Source of the DNA: Candidatus Odinarchaeota archaeon
Lineage (GTDB): Archaea; Asgardarchaeota; Odinarchaeia; Odinarchaeales; Odinarchaeaceae
Direction: 5' to 3'
Length of the DNA: 6,101 bases
Assembly: GCA_038826135.1 (NCBI GenBank)
Contig: JAWBON010000071.1
Span: forward strand, 1-6,101
Below the pieces are notes generated by a model. It was not told where the DNA came from, did no database searches, and worked only from the letters and a program-made list of their open reading frames with translations. Below, in pieces: positions 5,507 to 6,101 of the stretch. Within the stretch, counting starts at the first letter, position 1; every line of letters begins with the position of its first letter. Both the position numbers and the translations under genes were made by a program.

Positions 5507-6101
5507 TTAAATAGTGTGGCGTTTAGCGAACTCCTCGTAAATTTTCTCCTGATGTTCTATACGCGTCTTTGGTATAGGCCCTATCTTCTTTAAAGCTTCT
5601 TTTAGATGTTTAGCCTCAAGTTTCAGGCTCTCAATGTCTTTCTCCTCTTCTTTACCCTGATGCTTGTCAAGGTATTCTTTAATTGTGTTCATAACTGCTT
5701 CATTGCAGACTGCAGCTATCTCCGCGCCTGAGAAGTTTTCTGTCTCTTTTGCTAATTCATCTATATTAACGTCTTTCGCTAAAGGTTTGTTTCGTAAGTG
5801 CACTTGGAATATTTTCTTTCTCGTAGCCTCATCTGGTAGGGGCACGTATATTAGCCTGTCGAATCTGCCGGCTCTGAGAAGCGCAGGGTCTATTATGTCT
5901 GGTCTGTTTGAAGCTGCGATGACTGTTACACCTTTAAGCTCCTCTAATCCGTCTAGTTCAGTTAGCAGTTGGCTTATAATTCTTTCAGTTGTATGCGCGT
6001 CCCCTATTGTTGAGCCCCTGGCTGGTGTTATAGAGTCGAGTTCATCGAAGAATATTATTCACGGTGCAGCCTGTCTTGCTTTTCTGCATGTTTCTCGAAC
6101 C
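5507..6101 (-). CDS. cdc48: Cdc48/p97/VAT-family AAA+ ATPase, D2 domain and C-terminus (5'-truncated), with an in-frame TGA at 6061-6059
   Basis: Manual translation from 6100 gives [97 protein letters not shown]...FSGAEIAAVCNEA...KRHTI. This includes Walker B (IIFFDE), SQLLTELDG, the sensor-1 Asn, the Arg-finger region and the AAA lid. The track's 5845 'start' is an internal GTG (Val). Whether the gene is intact, recoded or a pseudogene is unresolved. Confidence 0.93.

Noticed and set aside
5507-5845. 112-aa ORF from the track treated as a stand-alone gene
   Set aside because: The GTG at 5845 is an internal Val. The same frame continues upstream through the Arg-finger and Walker B motifs of Cdc48 D2.
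5861-5880. LLRAGRFDR instead of canonical LLRPGRFDR as a sign of inactivation
   Set aside because: Both Arg residues are intact, and as I recall the Pro-to-Ala variant occurs in other archaeal Cdc48 proteins.
6059-6061. Genome-wide UGA reassignment (Trp/Gly/Cys code) or an intron/intein as the cause of the in-frame stop
   Set aside because: TGA ends the radical SAM gene at a plausible C-terminus, and readthrough would add only about 8 residues. Trp is encoded by TGG in the genes checked. The cdc48 region is colinear with homologs, with no insertion.

Overview
AT-rich chromosomal segment from an archaeon, probably a thermophile. The lineage is inferred from the gene set, GAGGG(T/G)G-type ribosome-binding sites and TTG/GTG starts; TACK or Asgard is plausible but cannot be proven here. 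From left to right it holds: the 3' end of an MFS transporter (+); a COG0731-like radical SAM protein of unknown function (-); a divergent ~94-aa beta-rich hypothetical protein (+); a 959-aa Lhr-family SF2 helicase with a C-terminal Zn ribbon (-); a 264-bp AT-rich intergenic region; a Phr/HSR1-like heat-shock regulator (-); and the 3' third (D2 domain) of a Cdc48/p97/VAT AAA+ ATPase (-), probably co-transcribed with the regulator. The ORF track misses the most unusual feature. The cdc48 frame runs to the window edge but carries an in-frame TGA (6059-6061) exactly where p97-family proteins usually have the Cys of 'KARQAAPC-hhhh-DE'. This could be Sec-type recoding, a fresh nonsense allele, or an end-of-contig sequence error. 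The second highlight is an HSR1/Phr-like TAAC-N5-GTTA palindrome upstream of lhr, set within four TTAAC motifs in exact 25-bp register, which hints that lhr belongs to a heat-shock regulon. No mobile element, CRISPR array or RNA gene was seen.
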